This document shows positions 25,657-39,956 of a stretch of 64,000 nt of DNA, piece by piece. The first letter of the stretch is position 1, and the number at the start of each line of letters is the position of its first letter. The notes under the pieces are model-generated. The model saw only the letters and a list, made by a program, of their open reading frames with translations, ran no database searches and was not told where the DNA came from. Made by a program: the position numbers and the translations under genes. The DNA is taken from assembly GCA_028023455.1 (NCBI GenBank), contig JAQFVV010000001.1, positions 23,188,001 through 23,252,000 on the forward strand. The letters run 5' to 3'. This stretch comes from Epiperipatus broadwayi (taxonomy: Eukaryota; Animalia; Onychophora).

Positions 25657-28600
25657 GATTATTTATCTTTTCAACACGTGTGTGATCAGGTAGGTCAACA
25701 ATATGAGATATCATGGAGAGTTGAGGGTCGTATGAAAGTCTGAGTTTGAATCCCACATACATTACATATATATGCAGGTTTACGCCTGTATAGTGTATTA
25801 ATTTATAAAAGTATGGTAAAATAAACAATTTTTTAAGCAAATAAAGTCCGTGTTCTTGCTAAAATTGTTTCTGTAGCTATGGCAACATAAAATGCAGTCT
25901 TTTCCTTTCTTTAAAAACTGGCTTGTGAATCTGTGACTTTTTCTTCTAATTCTAATAAGGCATTGTTATTATTCAATAATAATTTAAACAAAAGATTCTT
26001 TTAAAACAATAAATATACATATTTATTAAACAGGATGACCTTTAATTGTTTTCTTTATATACTACAAGAAAACTAGATGGCAACGTGTACATCATAATAT
26101 ACTTACTGTTTCTTATATATATATATATATTAACTTACTGGAGAAATATTTAGTGATATATATGCTGCAAGTTGTGATCTTACATCCCATCAAGAACCAT
26201 TAAACACCCTTATTTATTTGAACACCAATATGCACAATAACAACATTCTCCTACATATAATGTAAAATAAATTATATGTATAAAGAGAAAATTACCCAAA
26301 TAAAGCGTACTCCCAAAAAATGAAAATGTTTACAAGCATTTTAGATGAGACATTTAATTGTTTATATAATTGAATATTAAACAAACATGATAAAATCCAT
26401 AAACTAAACATATAAAACTTAAATATTTATACTTTTATTATAAAACTGAACTATTGTTTAATATACACATTATAACAATAAATGAAAAAAGATGATCAGA
26501 TTTAGACACAAGTGATAATATAAAAACAAAAGAAGGAAATAATAAATAAAATTTTATTAATCTATCACACATATATGTAAATCGTAACATATGATGTAAA
26601 TAATTAACTCAATGCATGAATTTGAAGTTGCTATTTAAAAGAGTCAAATCAACTCTTGAAAAGAACAATCTCATTTTGGTGATGGCAATATATATTTGCA
26701 AATGACCCTTTGCAAAAATTAAATCAAAAACTCTTGTTGACTAATCAACATATATACTTTGTAAGCTGTAATCGAACTTGTTTGAAGGAAAAAAAGTAAA
26801 ATCTTAAGAATATCATTGAAGATGCATAAGAGCTCAAATAAAAGCAAACAGATTTAAAGTCAGCAAACTAAGGAATTTTAAATTATAAATCACAGAAATA
26901 GCTTTAAATGTATTCGATTCTTCAATAATATTTTCAATCTTTAATCAGAGAGTTATACCAACTCGAGATTCCAATAGCCAATATCTCATGGGAAGAGATG
27001 TGTCACTCGTGTAGCTTTAACCGGCAAAATCGAATTTGATTCTAAACAGTATCTATCTGTTTATGCTGAAGGCACTACCATCTTAACTACTTGGATGTGA
27101 AGATGAAAAGTTAACTAAAGGCATGTTATATGGAAGAGAGAAGTTAAGTTCACCATCATGCACATTCCAAAACACTCGAACCCAACCAATTGGATCATGA
27201 GCTGCAGAAATAACACTCATAATCCTGTTAGGACATCTTCCATTTTAGGTTGACATCGTGATTAATTTTATGTATCTTTTTTTATTTCTTTCCTATACCA
27301 TAGGTTAAGGGGCTTATAAATTCTTAATATATACTGGAAGGGGAAAAAATTATTCGCTTAATTTTAAAATAAAATATAGGGGCAGGCATGATGAATTTTG
27401 ATCATCACCAGAGTTGGAGGTCAGACTATATTTTCCAACATTAAATACCAACATTTGTACAATTACACTATTATTTGTTGTTTGTTTGTTGATACGAATC
27501 ATTTTGTTATTTACTTGTTTTTTTTATAGTATATATGACTTAAAAGTTTTAGCATGAATGTTTTTTTCTGTCATAAAAATAAATCACAATAGAAAGTGGG
27601 GATCCGAGACTACCACCACATTGTTTAATATGAATTAATAATTATGCTGGAGACAATGAATTATGATTTTACTAAACTCTAAATTAGCAAGCAAGTGTAT
27701 ATATAAATAATAAGTTTTTTTTGTTGTTGTTAGTATTGATATTGAATGATTACTCTTTGAGGCAAAAAGAGGGATTGGATTAATAAAATTCGACTGTATT
27801 GATCAAAGAATAGTCATAGATATCTAAACGAATTAATTGCTTTTGTTATAGTCTCAAATAAATTGTAATAATTGTGAATAAATTTATTAAATATATAATT
27901 TTAAATTAAAGTTGGTCATTTGCAGTTTCTTTATTCATTTATCAATTTGTTGCCCATTTGTACAATAAAGATAGTAATATGAATATTTCCTGAAGTAGGA
28001 TATGTGTATGCTCCCTAAGCTTGAATTCTAGGATAAATGGAAAATAGGGCTGGAGAAGAGAAATGAGTATACATGGAGATATTTGATGCAGGATCATATG
28101 CTAACATGTCATCTCTTAGGATTGAGATCGAGGTAGTTATGAGTAGAAATTCAGAAATCCTAGATACGCTTTCTCATCCATTCTGATGACCTATCAAGTA
28201 TACTGTTATGTAAGGCCAAGACCCATTCCATTACAATGCATTATATGAGTGAAATTTCTTAGAGAGGAAGAGTGGAGGGGGGGGGGATTACTTATTATTT
28301 AAATCATAGCAAATAAAATCTATAGCAAGTGTTATTTAAAAAATTCCACCACTTTTTCTATCTAAGAGACTAATTAACTATTTAAAAAATTAATGTTTAC
28401 TCTTACTTTCAGACATTTTAAACAAATATACAAAATTTCAACAAGTTATATTGAACTTAAGTCTGTTAAATATCAATTTTAAAATGTTAAAAAAATATTA
28501 AATTGAAGGGAAAAAATGTTACCATCTCATGAATATTATTTAAAACAAATGAAAGTTGTAAGAATTTATAATTAAGATATGTGAAATTACTTAATATTTT

Positions 28601-29299
28601 TCCAACTTCTATTCCATATCTAACAAACTATGTGATCTACTGAAAAGATGAGTGTTTTATATGGATTAGGCTTGAATTAGTTATATACCAGATTTCAAAT
28701 AATTCTATTGAAACCTCGATTTTTAAATTTCATTATAACTTGAAAAAGATCAAAATTTAACAAAAAACAAATTGATTTTCCAACTTCAACAATAGCATTT
28801 AAAAACAATATAAATATTAAAACACAAAATAGTATTTCCTCAAATATTAAATGAAATGTAATAAATATTAATAATGTATAACATATTTGAATCCATACTT
28901 TAAACAAAAGTTTAATTGAATCAAAATTATTGTAAATAAACACTTAAAACTTATATAACATATAAATAGTCTCACATAGTCTGAGTAACTACTATTGTGT
29001 ATTTATTTATGAATTTGTCCATGGATTTTTTGCAGGCATGTACAATCATTTCGGAAAATTTTTCTCTTGGAGACTTCGTTTTTTATATATTATTATTCTT
29101 TCAAATTAAATTATTTTGCACAAATTTTGGTTAATAATTAATACATTTGGAGATTTAAAGATCAGTTCTTTTGTACAGGTTGACTAACATCACTGGAAAA
29201 CAGCATCGAAATTAAAAAGTATGGAGATATTTAAACTTTACTGCATTGACAAGTTGAAAGATAATATTCTCAAATCAATCAACATCAGTGTACTCGCAT

Positions 29300-29500
29300 T
29301 TCTGGCTGCTCATCCAGATAGATTTTGCTAGTCATCATAAATACTTCATTATGCTAGTAGAGGAATATCTTTTGCTTCACCATATGATATTTGCTGCATT
29401 TTGGACTTGGATGTTGCTATTCTCTAATAACAATCATGGATATAACTAGCATCACTTCAGTGTGACTAATTAGTATTTCTTGATGACGTGTTACTTATCT
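29300..29500 (+). mobile_element. Degenerate Ty3/Gypsy-like RT fragment
   Basis: FGL......TIMD followed, after a frameshift, by VFLDDVLLI (YxDD motif). Confidence 0.3.
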
Positions 29501-29876
29501 TTAAATCCCTGTTTTTCAAATCTTTTCTCTAGTGATGTAGTGAGATGCACTTTTGTCTAAACTCCCACATTTTTCAATTAACACTTCATATAGAAATTAT
29601 AAATATATATATATTCCTTTATAAAATTCTTTATCTTTTAATGGGATGTTATTCATTTAGCTATATTTTACTTTAATTAATTATGATATAATTTTTTTAA
29701 ACATTATTCAAAGCTTTCAATTTTTATTATAAAATTATTTTTTCATTATGGTAGTGACATTTTTATCAATTTCTTACCAAAATTATTTCAAATTCCATTT
29801 TATTTATTTTTCGTATTTTTAATTTTTTTTTTTCAATTAAGCATTGCAAACAAATTTTATTACGATATATTATTCA

Positions 29877-31912
29877 TAAGGTGACCAAACTTCCTGTTTG
29901 AATGGGACAATCCCATTTTAAAAGTGTATATCATTGAACCATTGAATTACATCAGAACAGGCATTTGTTTCATTTTTTAACAAGCAATAAATGTTCAAAA
30001 TGTTTGTAGCAGATGATGTGACATGTCTATATGAACTGGCTTGCAAAATGTAAAATCTTGCCAATCATTTAACGCATACAAGACCTAGCACAATAGAATA
30101 ATATACACCTGGGCCTTGTTTTATGCGGTAGATAGGTTCCTCAGAAAACACGCACAAAAATAGACTTAACTTACCTTGAAAAATGGGGAATAGGTTACTG
30201 TGATTTTCAAAAATCACATAAAAGCAAAGCAACAATGTAAAATTACTTTAAAATTCGCACAAAATAAAATAAGGAAATAAAATATGACTAATAAAAATTT
30301 TCAAATTCGAAAAAAATTGGTACAAGACAAACTTTTTTTACTTATTTATTAACTACAGTATTTAATTTTATTCAAAACAATATATTTTATGCATAATTTA
30401 CAGTATTTTTCATTTTTTCATGCATGTACAGTATTTTAATCATTATCGCTTTTGACGATAAGTAAGTTTGTTTGTAAACTTGTTAGACATCAGATTCGTC
30501 ACAAGAGGAAATATAACTAGTGCCAACTTCATTTTTTTAATAGCTCTTATCATGAACTCACCCAAGCTAAATGTTTTCCAATCGCTATTGATCCTTCCCC
30601 TGTTGCTAAGCGATCTAAAATTGAAGTTTTTGTTTCCAAAGAAGTTCATTTTCTTGGATGTTTTTTCTCTTCCATTAGAGTAAACCAAAAGTTTAAAATA
30701 AAAATAAGAACTTAGACTTACGATAATAAAAAGACAATGACTCACCACTGTTGGACAAAATTTAATTAAAACTAACAATTAAAAATTAAATTCTTATTTT
30801 TGTCTTTAATTTTCAATTCTATTTAAAAATCAAATTTCATTGTTTCATGTCACATTAATTTCAGATCACGTTAAGTAATTTTTAAATTGTTAATTATAAT
30901 TAAAAATCAGACTTTAATTGTCAAATTTAATTATGCCCATTGTTATAACCCACCTTTTAAAAATAAACTTGTGGACATTAAATGATTAATTGATTACGTA
31001 CTCTTTAAAAAGCAAAAATAGAATGTGATTTAAAATGCAAAAACAACAGCTTGCATAATATAGGCATCTATAATGTTTGAACAGATTTACATTATAATCT
31101 TATAAAATTTAATGTGTGTATATAAAATGGGGAAATCCTGATTTTAAGTGAATTATGAACTTCTTTATTGCATAAAATCTCTTACAGTACTATTATAAAG
31201 CGCTGAAAATATTGAAATTATTAGAGAAGTCAAACTCCAATAATGCGCTATTACTTTAAATATGATGTGTAAGTGTACGAAATTTATAATGTTTATAGCG
31301 CATTATCGGACCTTGACTTCTGATTTAATAATTTTTATCGCATAAAAGAAAACCGCATACAAAGATATTAAGAAGAAACATGAACTGCATAACTTCAAAA
31401 TCGCATTAAATAAATCCACATAAAATGAGAACCCAGGTGTAGTAATTATTTACATCTTAATAAACTATCAAATAAGTAAATAATTTATTAATATAAATAT
31501 AATTAAGTCATGCCGAAGAGACAGTGCATATTTAATGAAAAGTTACAGTCTAAACTTCTTTTTATTAAAAAAAAAACAGTTTATGATAGTGATATGAAAT
31601 GCAATAATATTGATTGCAATCTTAAGATCAATGATAGCAACAAAAATTAACATTGAGATGGATTGTCTGGAATTTTACTATTATCATCAATAGAAAAATA
31701 TCAATAAATTTTTATTTGTTAGGTACTTATTACATTATGAGTGTTTTTTTTCTGTAGTTGTCATTTATATTTTTAGTCTATTTTATATAAAATTTATTAA
31801 TAAACAACTAACTGTTGTGCCCGTTTTTGTATTATAAAAATGCATTTTAAAGTGTGCCATTTTGGATTCAAAAATGTTCTGTTTTGAATCCAAATATTTA
31901 TGGTCACTTTTA
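29877..31912 (+). mobile_element. hAT-type non-autonomous element (TAGGGTGACCA-type ends), interrupted by a Tigger-like element
   Basis: Ends taaggtgacca and tggtcactttta, with subterminal gggacaatccc/gtgcccgttttt motifs. C-terminal remnant ILRSMIATKINIEMDCLEFYYY at ~31610-31690. No TSD seen. Confidence 0.55.
30106..31439 (-). mobile_element. Tigger/pogo (Tc1-mariner superfamily) deletion derivative
   Basis: TA-flanked TIRs cacctgggccttgttttatgcgg and ccacataaaatgagaacccaggtg. Minus-strand HTH-psq remnant TSLETKTSILDRLATGEGSIAIGKH/FSLGEFMIRAIKK at ~30520-30680. Confidence 0.85.
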
Positions 31913-32659
31913 CTATTTATAATTTTAAATGTTATTCCATTATTATCAGGTACTTGTTTCTTAAATTAAACTCTGAGACAATAGTGTTGAAAATTGGCAA
32001 AATAGCCTCTCTTTTTTACTTCCTCCTAATTTCTCTTAAGTTTTTCTTTCTTATTTACTACACTTCTTCATTTAAGAGTAAATCAATAAAACAACCCCAA
32101 CAGTTATTTTACTGATCCTTTGTCTAGAATACTCCTTCTCCTCCCAGGTTGTAATATTTACTTGTCATTATAAAGTTTAATTGTTATGAATTTTAAAATA
32201 AATATGTGAAGTGGTCTTATCTACCATCACAATATACAAATATTTTTAGAATTTGAATTCTGAACAAGAATTTTGTAAATGATAGATAAAAAATTATTCA
32301 AATACATTTTATAATTTTTTTATTTATGCCTATTAATAAACAATGATGAGTAGAAGTTAGGCAAAACTTGTTGAATTTTCAAAATGCAACCCAAATCAGA
32401 AATAAAAGTTTAAGCCTAACAGTGAATGACATTTCAAATTTGGATCTTTTTACCACTGCCAGTAAAAAAAAAAATGAAGACTCTCTTAATGTAGAATGAA
32501 GAGGTCTTGCAAACCATAAATGAGAAGTTTAATTTAAAACGATCCCTAAACAATTATTCAATTCCTTTATATATATATTTTTTTTTACTAACCATTCATT
32601 AATAATGGCTATTACTGATTTTAATTTTCCTAAGTTTCACATAGGATTGCTGTATAAGG

Positions 32660-33950
32660 CTTTAAATGTAAATAAGCCGTGGAAAGGCATTCTGTATATC
32701 ACCGACTATCTAAACAACAGGTATGTTGTGCTTGAATTTTTCGAAACGGAACAGAAAAACCACTTCAGATGAAAAATCACAACACTTTGGGATTACACTC
32801 TAATAACAATCAATATAATTCCTAGAGTTTTTTTAAAAAATGCTCATCTTAATTACTTCATAAGTGCTTTCAAAAAAGCTCATGGAACCTTTTGAGGTCA
32901 TTTTCATCCCAATACCAATTTAAGGAAACACCTATGACTTCAACTCCATTCCCATTCAAATTACAGGTCAGGATGCTATATTGCTTTTATTTATTCATTG
33001 AATAAAACCACTTTTTTTTTTTGCAAACAGTATGGACACATACATAGCAATAAGTGCGATAATACCACGTAAATACTGCAAAAAAAATCAATAGTCTTTT
33101 ACATCAGTGCTTAAGAGAACCCCAATCGGGAACAGAGGTGGAAATAATTCCGAACAACATTATTGAAGAGGAGAAGTCAAATGCAGCAAATTCCGGTAAA
33201 GAGATGAAAAATATATAAACAGCAGCAGAAGAAATTCTGAAAGGCAATGTTGAAATAGATGAACAGGAAAAAACATTTAGTACCACATATAGTAATTCAA
33301 CTGGCATTTTGGATATAATTATATCATATATATCACAACTAACACATAACTCAGATAATGTAACCAAAAGGAAACCAGGTCAATCATCTCAAAGAAAATG
33401 CAGAAAGAAAAAACCATCCCAGTATTAGACACCAGTGAACAAGATAAAGCAAATAAACATTGGGGAAAAAAATTAAAAAATAACTCAAATAATGAAGTCT
33501 CTAATTTTTCTAATAACTCAGATGAAATGAGAAAACCAACCACAAATTTACACCCTACTAAATAGCATTTTAATTATGCTTACATATATTTTTCACACAT
33601 ATAATACACTCTAGATTTACAATAGAAAGAATTTTCAGTTTAATATATTAATGTAGGATTACTCAACATTATAGGTTTAATTCAGTTAACAAAAATGTTC
33701 AACTCACCATGTGGTTGGACATTGTAAAATCACACTAAATTGACTTGATTGAAATAAAGATTTATGCAGGATCCTGAATTAATTTGTCTAACTATCTCAA
33801 TAGATCCAGTTATTCAGCAATTTAAAGTATCTGTAACATTTGCAGCCGCAGGGTTGATGATCAGGTTCGATAATTCAATTCTTTCAAAATACTATTCATA
33901 GATGAAGTACAGCGCCTTTGTCTATGTACTCCCACATTAAAAAATAACAG
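32660..33950 (+). mobile_element. Degenerate L1/Tx1-like LINE 5' part (ORF1 and start of endonuclease)
   Basis: Zinc-knuckle remnant (C)KQYGHIHSNKC at ~33020-33060, a long low-complexity ORF1-like tail, and GLLNIIGL resembling EN TLNVNGLN at ~33655. Confidence 0.4.
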
Positions 33951-34049
33951 CATAATATTAGTTTTAAGTTCCTTTTTTTTTGCTACTGCAACAAATCCTC
34001 TTTTTGGTACTGGGAGATTTTAAAATGAGTATAAAAGTTGAAACCGAAT

Positions 34050-36900
34050 TGCTTGGAAATAAAAAAATTGATGACAGATTTAGACAAGTTTTAAAAGAGT
34101 GTGATTTAACATATGAGGTGCAATCATTTCCAAATAAACTGAATGATAGTCAAAAGTTTTTACATATAAGTGTGGCAAAAGCTATTTGTTATTGCTGTGT
34201 GTAAACAATGTATATACAGTGAAAAATACGGCAAAAGGGAAAAAATGCTTTAAATGTGGAAACAAAGCTTGATATGTCAGTAAACAAACAAGAGAGAGAA
34301 ATAATTTAAATCCTATTTGCTGGAAAACATGAGAAGCAAAATATTTAATAAATAGGTCTTGAAAAACATGGATTTTATGGGAGTGATGCAATTTATGATG
34401 AAATTGCAAATATGTGTGAAAACTGTTAACTGGAAACAGATAGTGCTCAAAAATATGGATAATATCCGAGCAAGACTGGAGCGCAAATCGATAATGAAAA
34501 TGGAATATTAAAGCTCCAGTTAGGAATGACACTTGGCTGAAATTAGTTGGCAAATAAAAGTATTAGCAAAATGTTGAAAAATAATTTGCTTACTGTTATA
34601 TATAATAAGCGGGGAAATTAGTCCAATACTTGACACGTACTTGTTTCAAGGTATCAAAATTTGCATAAGCATTGTGGAAAAAAATTGTTGGAACAGGAAA
34701 TTAATAAATATCCTGATCTGTTTAATAAAAAAACAACAATTCTAACTGTCCCTTAGAAACAACTGTTTAAAAACACATCTGGTAGTTTGCAAACCATGCA
34801 AAGTTGTTTTTCATGTTAAATGATAAAGTTGAAAGGAAAATTCAGGAATTGCTAAGAGCATTCTTTTACCAATTGAAACTGTATTGTGCCATATCTGTAG
34901 TGATAATAGCCAAACCTAATGGTCAGATCTGAGTATGTGATGATTACAGAGTTATGATAAAAAAAAATACTTAAAAGTAACTATTCAGAGTTAGATTTAA
35001 GAATGGTATTAATCAGCCTTCAAAAAGCATCTCATTTCATCAAACTGAATCTTAATTTCATCTTTCATCAGATATCCATTATAGATAGATCAGTGAAAAT
35101 CTTGACGTTGAAATCTGTTGGATTATTTATCATTTGGTATTACTGCACACATAACATTTTCCAAGCAAAAATTAATGCTTAGTTATAAGAATTGGAGGAA
35201 TCCCATAGTGATGATAATGTTATATCAAAGACTATTAAAGTATACAGCAAACTAAAAAAATTTGGAATGAAGTAAATGCATAAAAATGTCTATGGATCAT
35301 TAAAAAAATGGCATTTCTATCACATATAATTTGGGCAAAGAAGTTAGAGCAGTAAAAAAAATGTGACAAGGCTCAAAATGTTAAAGAGCTTTAGATATTT
35401 CTTTTTTAAAGTAGGTAAAAGTCAGAAAACTCCAAATAAATGAAGAAAAAAAGTAAAATGTTACTTTCATCAGAAAATTGCAAGTTCATTTTGACAATAA
35501 TTTAGAGATGTAGTTAAAAGTCTGATACTTCAGTATGGTGAATGGTAGCAGTTATTTGGTATCTATATCACTATGGCAAGCATCCAATACATATTAAGAA
35601 ATTTTTCAAAAGCATAAAAGAAGTTACCACCAGATTGACAAGGAGACAATAGCTATTACGATTAGTCTTAAAAGTTTTACCAATATGATTTTGGTTGGTC
35701 TTTTCAAATAGTGACTAACCACAAAAGGATATTAACAAGTGACTATTTGAGCCCATATATGTTGAGTTGCAGAAACATGCTATTAGCATATGTTTATCAA
35801 TTTATATATATAAAGTGGGAAGAGATATCCTTACCTCAGCTTTTTGGACAAATTAAAGAATTTGTCAGTCAATAAATGATATGTATTAATGGGAGATAGA
35901 ATTGCAATATAATCTGAAGTTAGACAAAATGTTTTTTAATTTCTACATGAGAACATTTAGATATTGTCTGTGCTAATGTATTTGCATATGGATACAACTG
36001 GTGGCCAAACACGAAAATTAAAAATACATAATGTACAGTCTATCAATCTACAATAAATATGCCAGCTAAGGAATATACAGCTTGGTCAAAAGCAACCAGC
36101 CAATAATAAAGATTCCACATGGACTAAACATATTCCATTAATGGTAAAGTACTGAACATACCATATAAATGATGAAGAAACAATAGAGAAATTAAATGAA
36201 ATTTTTTTAATTCCAGTTTACTGGAAGTAATTGGTTCAAACAATGGCATAGAATTTATAGCATATAACACAAAGGAATACTTCAGAGAAGAAGGAATTAA
36301 GCATGTATATACACTGCTATACCATCCAGAATTGGATGGTTGGTTAATGACAATAAAAAGGCACTTAAGAAAGTCATTATCACTAAAATTCAAGAAGTAA
36401 TTATACATTGCTTTATTACATCATAACACTCCATATCATTGATAGTCTCAGGTCAATCTTGAATGGAATTGTTAATTGGCAAAAAATTGAGAATTAAATT
36501 GGCAATGTTATTTTTTAAAGAAGAAGAAAGACACTTTAAGTAGTGGGGGATTTGATACAAGACATGTTAAATAAAATATTTGAAGATACAAGCACGATGA
36601 GATTATCCAAGCAAGTAGAAAATTAGGTAATGGAATTGAATCGAAATTGTAAAATTATTAAGTGAAAAAAATATATATTGATTTAATTAAAAAAAGGAAA
36701 GAATTGCATATTTAGAAGTAGGAGAATAATTGAATGATTTGAGGAAACTAAAAATGAATAAAGCAACGAAATTGTTAAATGGTTTTATGAAAATGAAAAA
36801 TTATGAACATTTAAAAAATAAAGTACAACAATTTATTAATAATCTTAATGTTTTATACACAATATGGCATATAGATCAAAAATCAAAGCAATATCATTCT
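34050..36900 (+). mobile_element. Heavily decayed Ty3/Gypsy element (5' part missing; 3' LTR extent uncertain)
   Basis: CYCC and CFKCG knuckles, PR-like LETDSA and KPNGQI*VCDDYRV. RNase H-like VTNHK and integrase YHPE.DG. PPT aagtagtggggga is followed by TG at ~36553. Confidence 0.8.
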
Positions 36901-37339
36901 TATAAAACTAGAACTTCTTTAATTAAATAGATATTTAACCTATATTGAAAAGATTATCACAAAAAGTTCAACTTTATTTATATAAGAAATTCCTTGCAAT
37001 TAATTGTTTTCTTGTAAATTGTGTAATGTTAATTAAATATTCTTTGAGGCTTTAAAGAATTATGAAGAACAGATTTTTAATGGCTATTCATACATTCTTG
37101 TCATTACAGCCATTATTACTATAAGATTATTCATACACAATATGAACAAGGATGGGTTGTTCACCAACATGAAGTATCTAAAGTGGTGAATATATTGAAT
37201 TTTTACCTCTGAATTTATAATCAAGAAACATCATGGTCTTTCTTCCCAGTTGCCTGATAAGTTTTAAGTGAAATATCTGTTACATGTGAATAACTTTTTT
37301 TTTTAAATAGATATTTATAATTACAGAGACAAAACTAAA

Positions 37340-39956
37340 TTATGACCCTTATTTCCTGAAGTGGCAAAGTCACCAGCCAAGAAAGCAGTCATCAGCCAAA
37401 GCAGAGAGTCGTAAAAATACATTGATTATGAATCCAGGCTGCTATAGTAATCATAATTTTAGATCACTTTCAAATGAAGGAATATTGCTTAAATTGGAAG
37501 AATTATCTAATATTAAATGGGATATTTAATGAAATTAGAAAAAAAAAGTGAAAAAACGATTTAAAAATTCAAAAATAATGGAATAACAACATTGTCAAGA
37601 TTGATGGTATATTAAACAGAATGTTATTCAACTTAATGGAATATACTAAATGCAAATAATTCAGATTTATGCTCCAACAAGTTCTCATTGTGATGAAAAA
37701 GTAAAGAATTTTTATATGGATGTACAAAATGCTTTTGATTCAACAAAACAATCTTTTAAAATTGTCTGGTTAAAAATAGAATTGCTAAATTATTGAAAGC
37801 TGAAAGTGCCTATGAGTAAATTTCATTATGGTGATAGAAATGAGAGATGACAGATTTATGGAGTTTGCAGAAAAAATAACTTTATATTATGAATTCTTTC
37901 ATCAAGAAAAATTCTAAATGGAAGTATGTAAGCATTCAAATGAAGGTGCGGCTGATCAGATTATATTTTGGCTAACATGAAAATATATTTCAAACTTGTA
38001 ATGTTCTTTATAAATTCATCACAGGAAATGATCAACAGTTAGTGAGATGTAACATTCAAGTTGATGCAAAATAAGAGGCAAAAATTATTAAGAAAAACAA
38101 TATTTACAGTTGATATTTCTAATCTTTAGAAACATACCAGTGAATTTAAATTAGAACTTGAAAATTGTTTTCAAATATTAACAGTTTAAATATGCTATAG
38201 AATTGAATTAAATCAACTGGAACATATTAAGAATTGCAGCAAAAATAAGTGGTACAAAAAAAAGCAATTTACAATACATTTACTATTGAGATAACAATGT
38301 ACAAAGGAAAGAAGAAATATCAAAATATATAAAAATGATCTTTTAAGAAGAATTGAATATCTAGAGTTTTGCAAAGTGGTATGAAAAATAATTTAAGGAA
38401 TATAATTGTGAATTAGCAAGAAAAGCTATAGAAGAGAATAAAAATATCAAAAGAGTAAAACAATATTTTGGTAAAGTAGGAAAATTATTTTTGCAATAAG
38501 AAAAAAAGATGGAACTATTATACTAAAAATTGGTGGCTTAGTGGTTAGCGTAGCTACCTTTCAAGCAGCTGGCCCTGGTTCACTTCCCAGTCAATGCATG
38601 ACATCATGAAATGTTTGGAAGAATTTTATAAAAAAATATATTGTAATAAAAAACAAGAAAACACAGTATCATCTACAATTACATTTGAATTCCCAGCACT
38701 TTAGATGAAGGGAAAAGCTCCATGAAGTGATGGAATTATAATCAATATTTTAAAAGAAGTGGGTGACTAAATAGAAAAATTATTGGCAAAGTTATATACT
38801 AAATATCTAAATGATAAAAAATGTATGAGATGGTTGGAAGAATGCTGTAGTAGTAGTAATAAAGTGATAATAAAGAAATTACAGGCCTATAAGTTTTTTT
38901 ATTAGTTCTATGCAAAAATTTTATCAAGCAGAAATATCTGCAATAAACTTTGGATTTTAACCAACCAAAAGAACAAACTGGATTTGAAAGTGTTTTTAGC
39001 ACAAGTTGCCATTATGCTTTGGATTTATAGAATCATCTCTAGAGTGATTAAAGCATTATACCATCAAGATATAAACTCAAGATATATTCTGAAGAATATT
39101 ATCAAAATACAATAACAATGATTAGATTACATAATATTCGGAAGATAAACAGGATAATTCCATTTCTTCAAAAACTTTTTACAGCAGTTTTGCAGAAGTA
39201 TTCTGTGATAAAATGAAAAGCTACGGAAGTTAAAATAAATGGAGATTTCTTAAGTCATCTAGATTAATTGCTTTTGCAAATAATTCTTCATAGCTTCAGA
39301 AAATGTTGCAAGAGTTATCAGATGACAGTAAGAAAGTAGGATTAAAGGAAAAAAATTAAAATTGATCATGAGAATTAGAAGTTAATAATTTTGAATGTCT
39401 AAATCAGATTATTAATACAGTTGGAAACATAATGGATGAAGTTAATCATAAAATTAAACTTGGATGGAATGGTTCTGGTAGAAATAACTTAATGATAAAA
39501 GGAAATATAAGTATATGTTTGAAAAGAAAGCTTTTTAATAAATGTGTTTTACCTTGTTCTTAACTTATGAATCTGAGACCTGGACACTTAACAGAATAAT
39601 ACAGAGACTTCAGAACACTCAATGAAGTATGGAGAGATTATGTTAGGAAAAACAAGAAGAGATCAAAAATGAAATATATGGATGAGAGAACAAACAACTA
39701 TTGATATCATTGAAAGAATTAAGAAACTAAAGTGAAGTTGAACTGGACATATTGCTAGAAGAGATATTACCTAGGCAGTTGAAATCTTAAACAGGATTCC
39801 AATAGATTGTAAAATATCTAAAAGAGATGGTTGAATACAGTAAGGAAATTTACTGGTATAGTGCGAAAAAGAGAGACTAGTAATTAGAAAAACTGGATTA
39901 AACATGGAGAAGCCTTCATCCTGCAATGGATCGATAGTAGTTGAAAATGATAATGA
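37340..39956 (+). mobile_element. Near full-length decayed RTE LINE (EN + RT)
   Basis: EN IKWDI and IIQIYAPTSSHCDEKVKNFYMDV. RT-tail tyESETWTL and GHIARR. RTE-type 3' end ggagaagccttcatcctgcaatgga...tgataatga. Confidence 0.9.
38532..38597 (+). mobile_element. tRNA-derived SINE head inserted in the RTE
   Basis: A-box TGGCTTAGTGG and B-box-like GGTTCACTTCC with tRNA-like spacing; interrupts RTE coding sequence. Confidence 0.6.

Larger units (their letters stand above)
25171..25815 (+). mobile_element. Foldback retro-insertion with inverted arms, hammerhead motifs and a 15-bp TSD (Penelope pLTR/retrozyme-like)
   Basis: Direct repeat atttataaaagtatg at 25171-25185 and 25801-25815. Arms 25181-25455 and 25476-25760 are about 90% identical in inverted orientation. 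A 40-bp extension (25761-25800) is present on the right side only. Confidence 0.8.

Noticed and set aside
38532-38597. tRNA gene
   Set aside because: The B-box is degenerate, no full cloverleaf forms, and it is embedded in a LINE, so it was treated as a SINE head.
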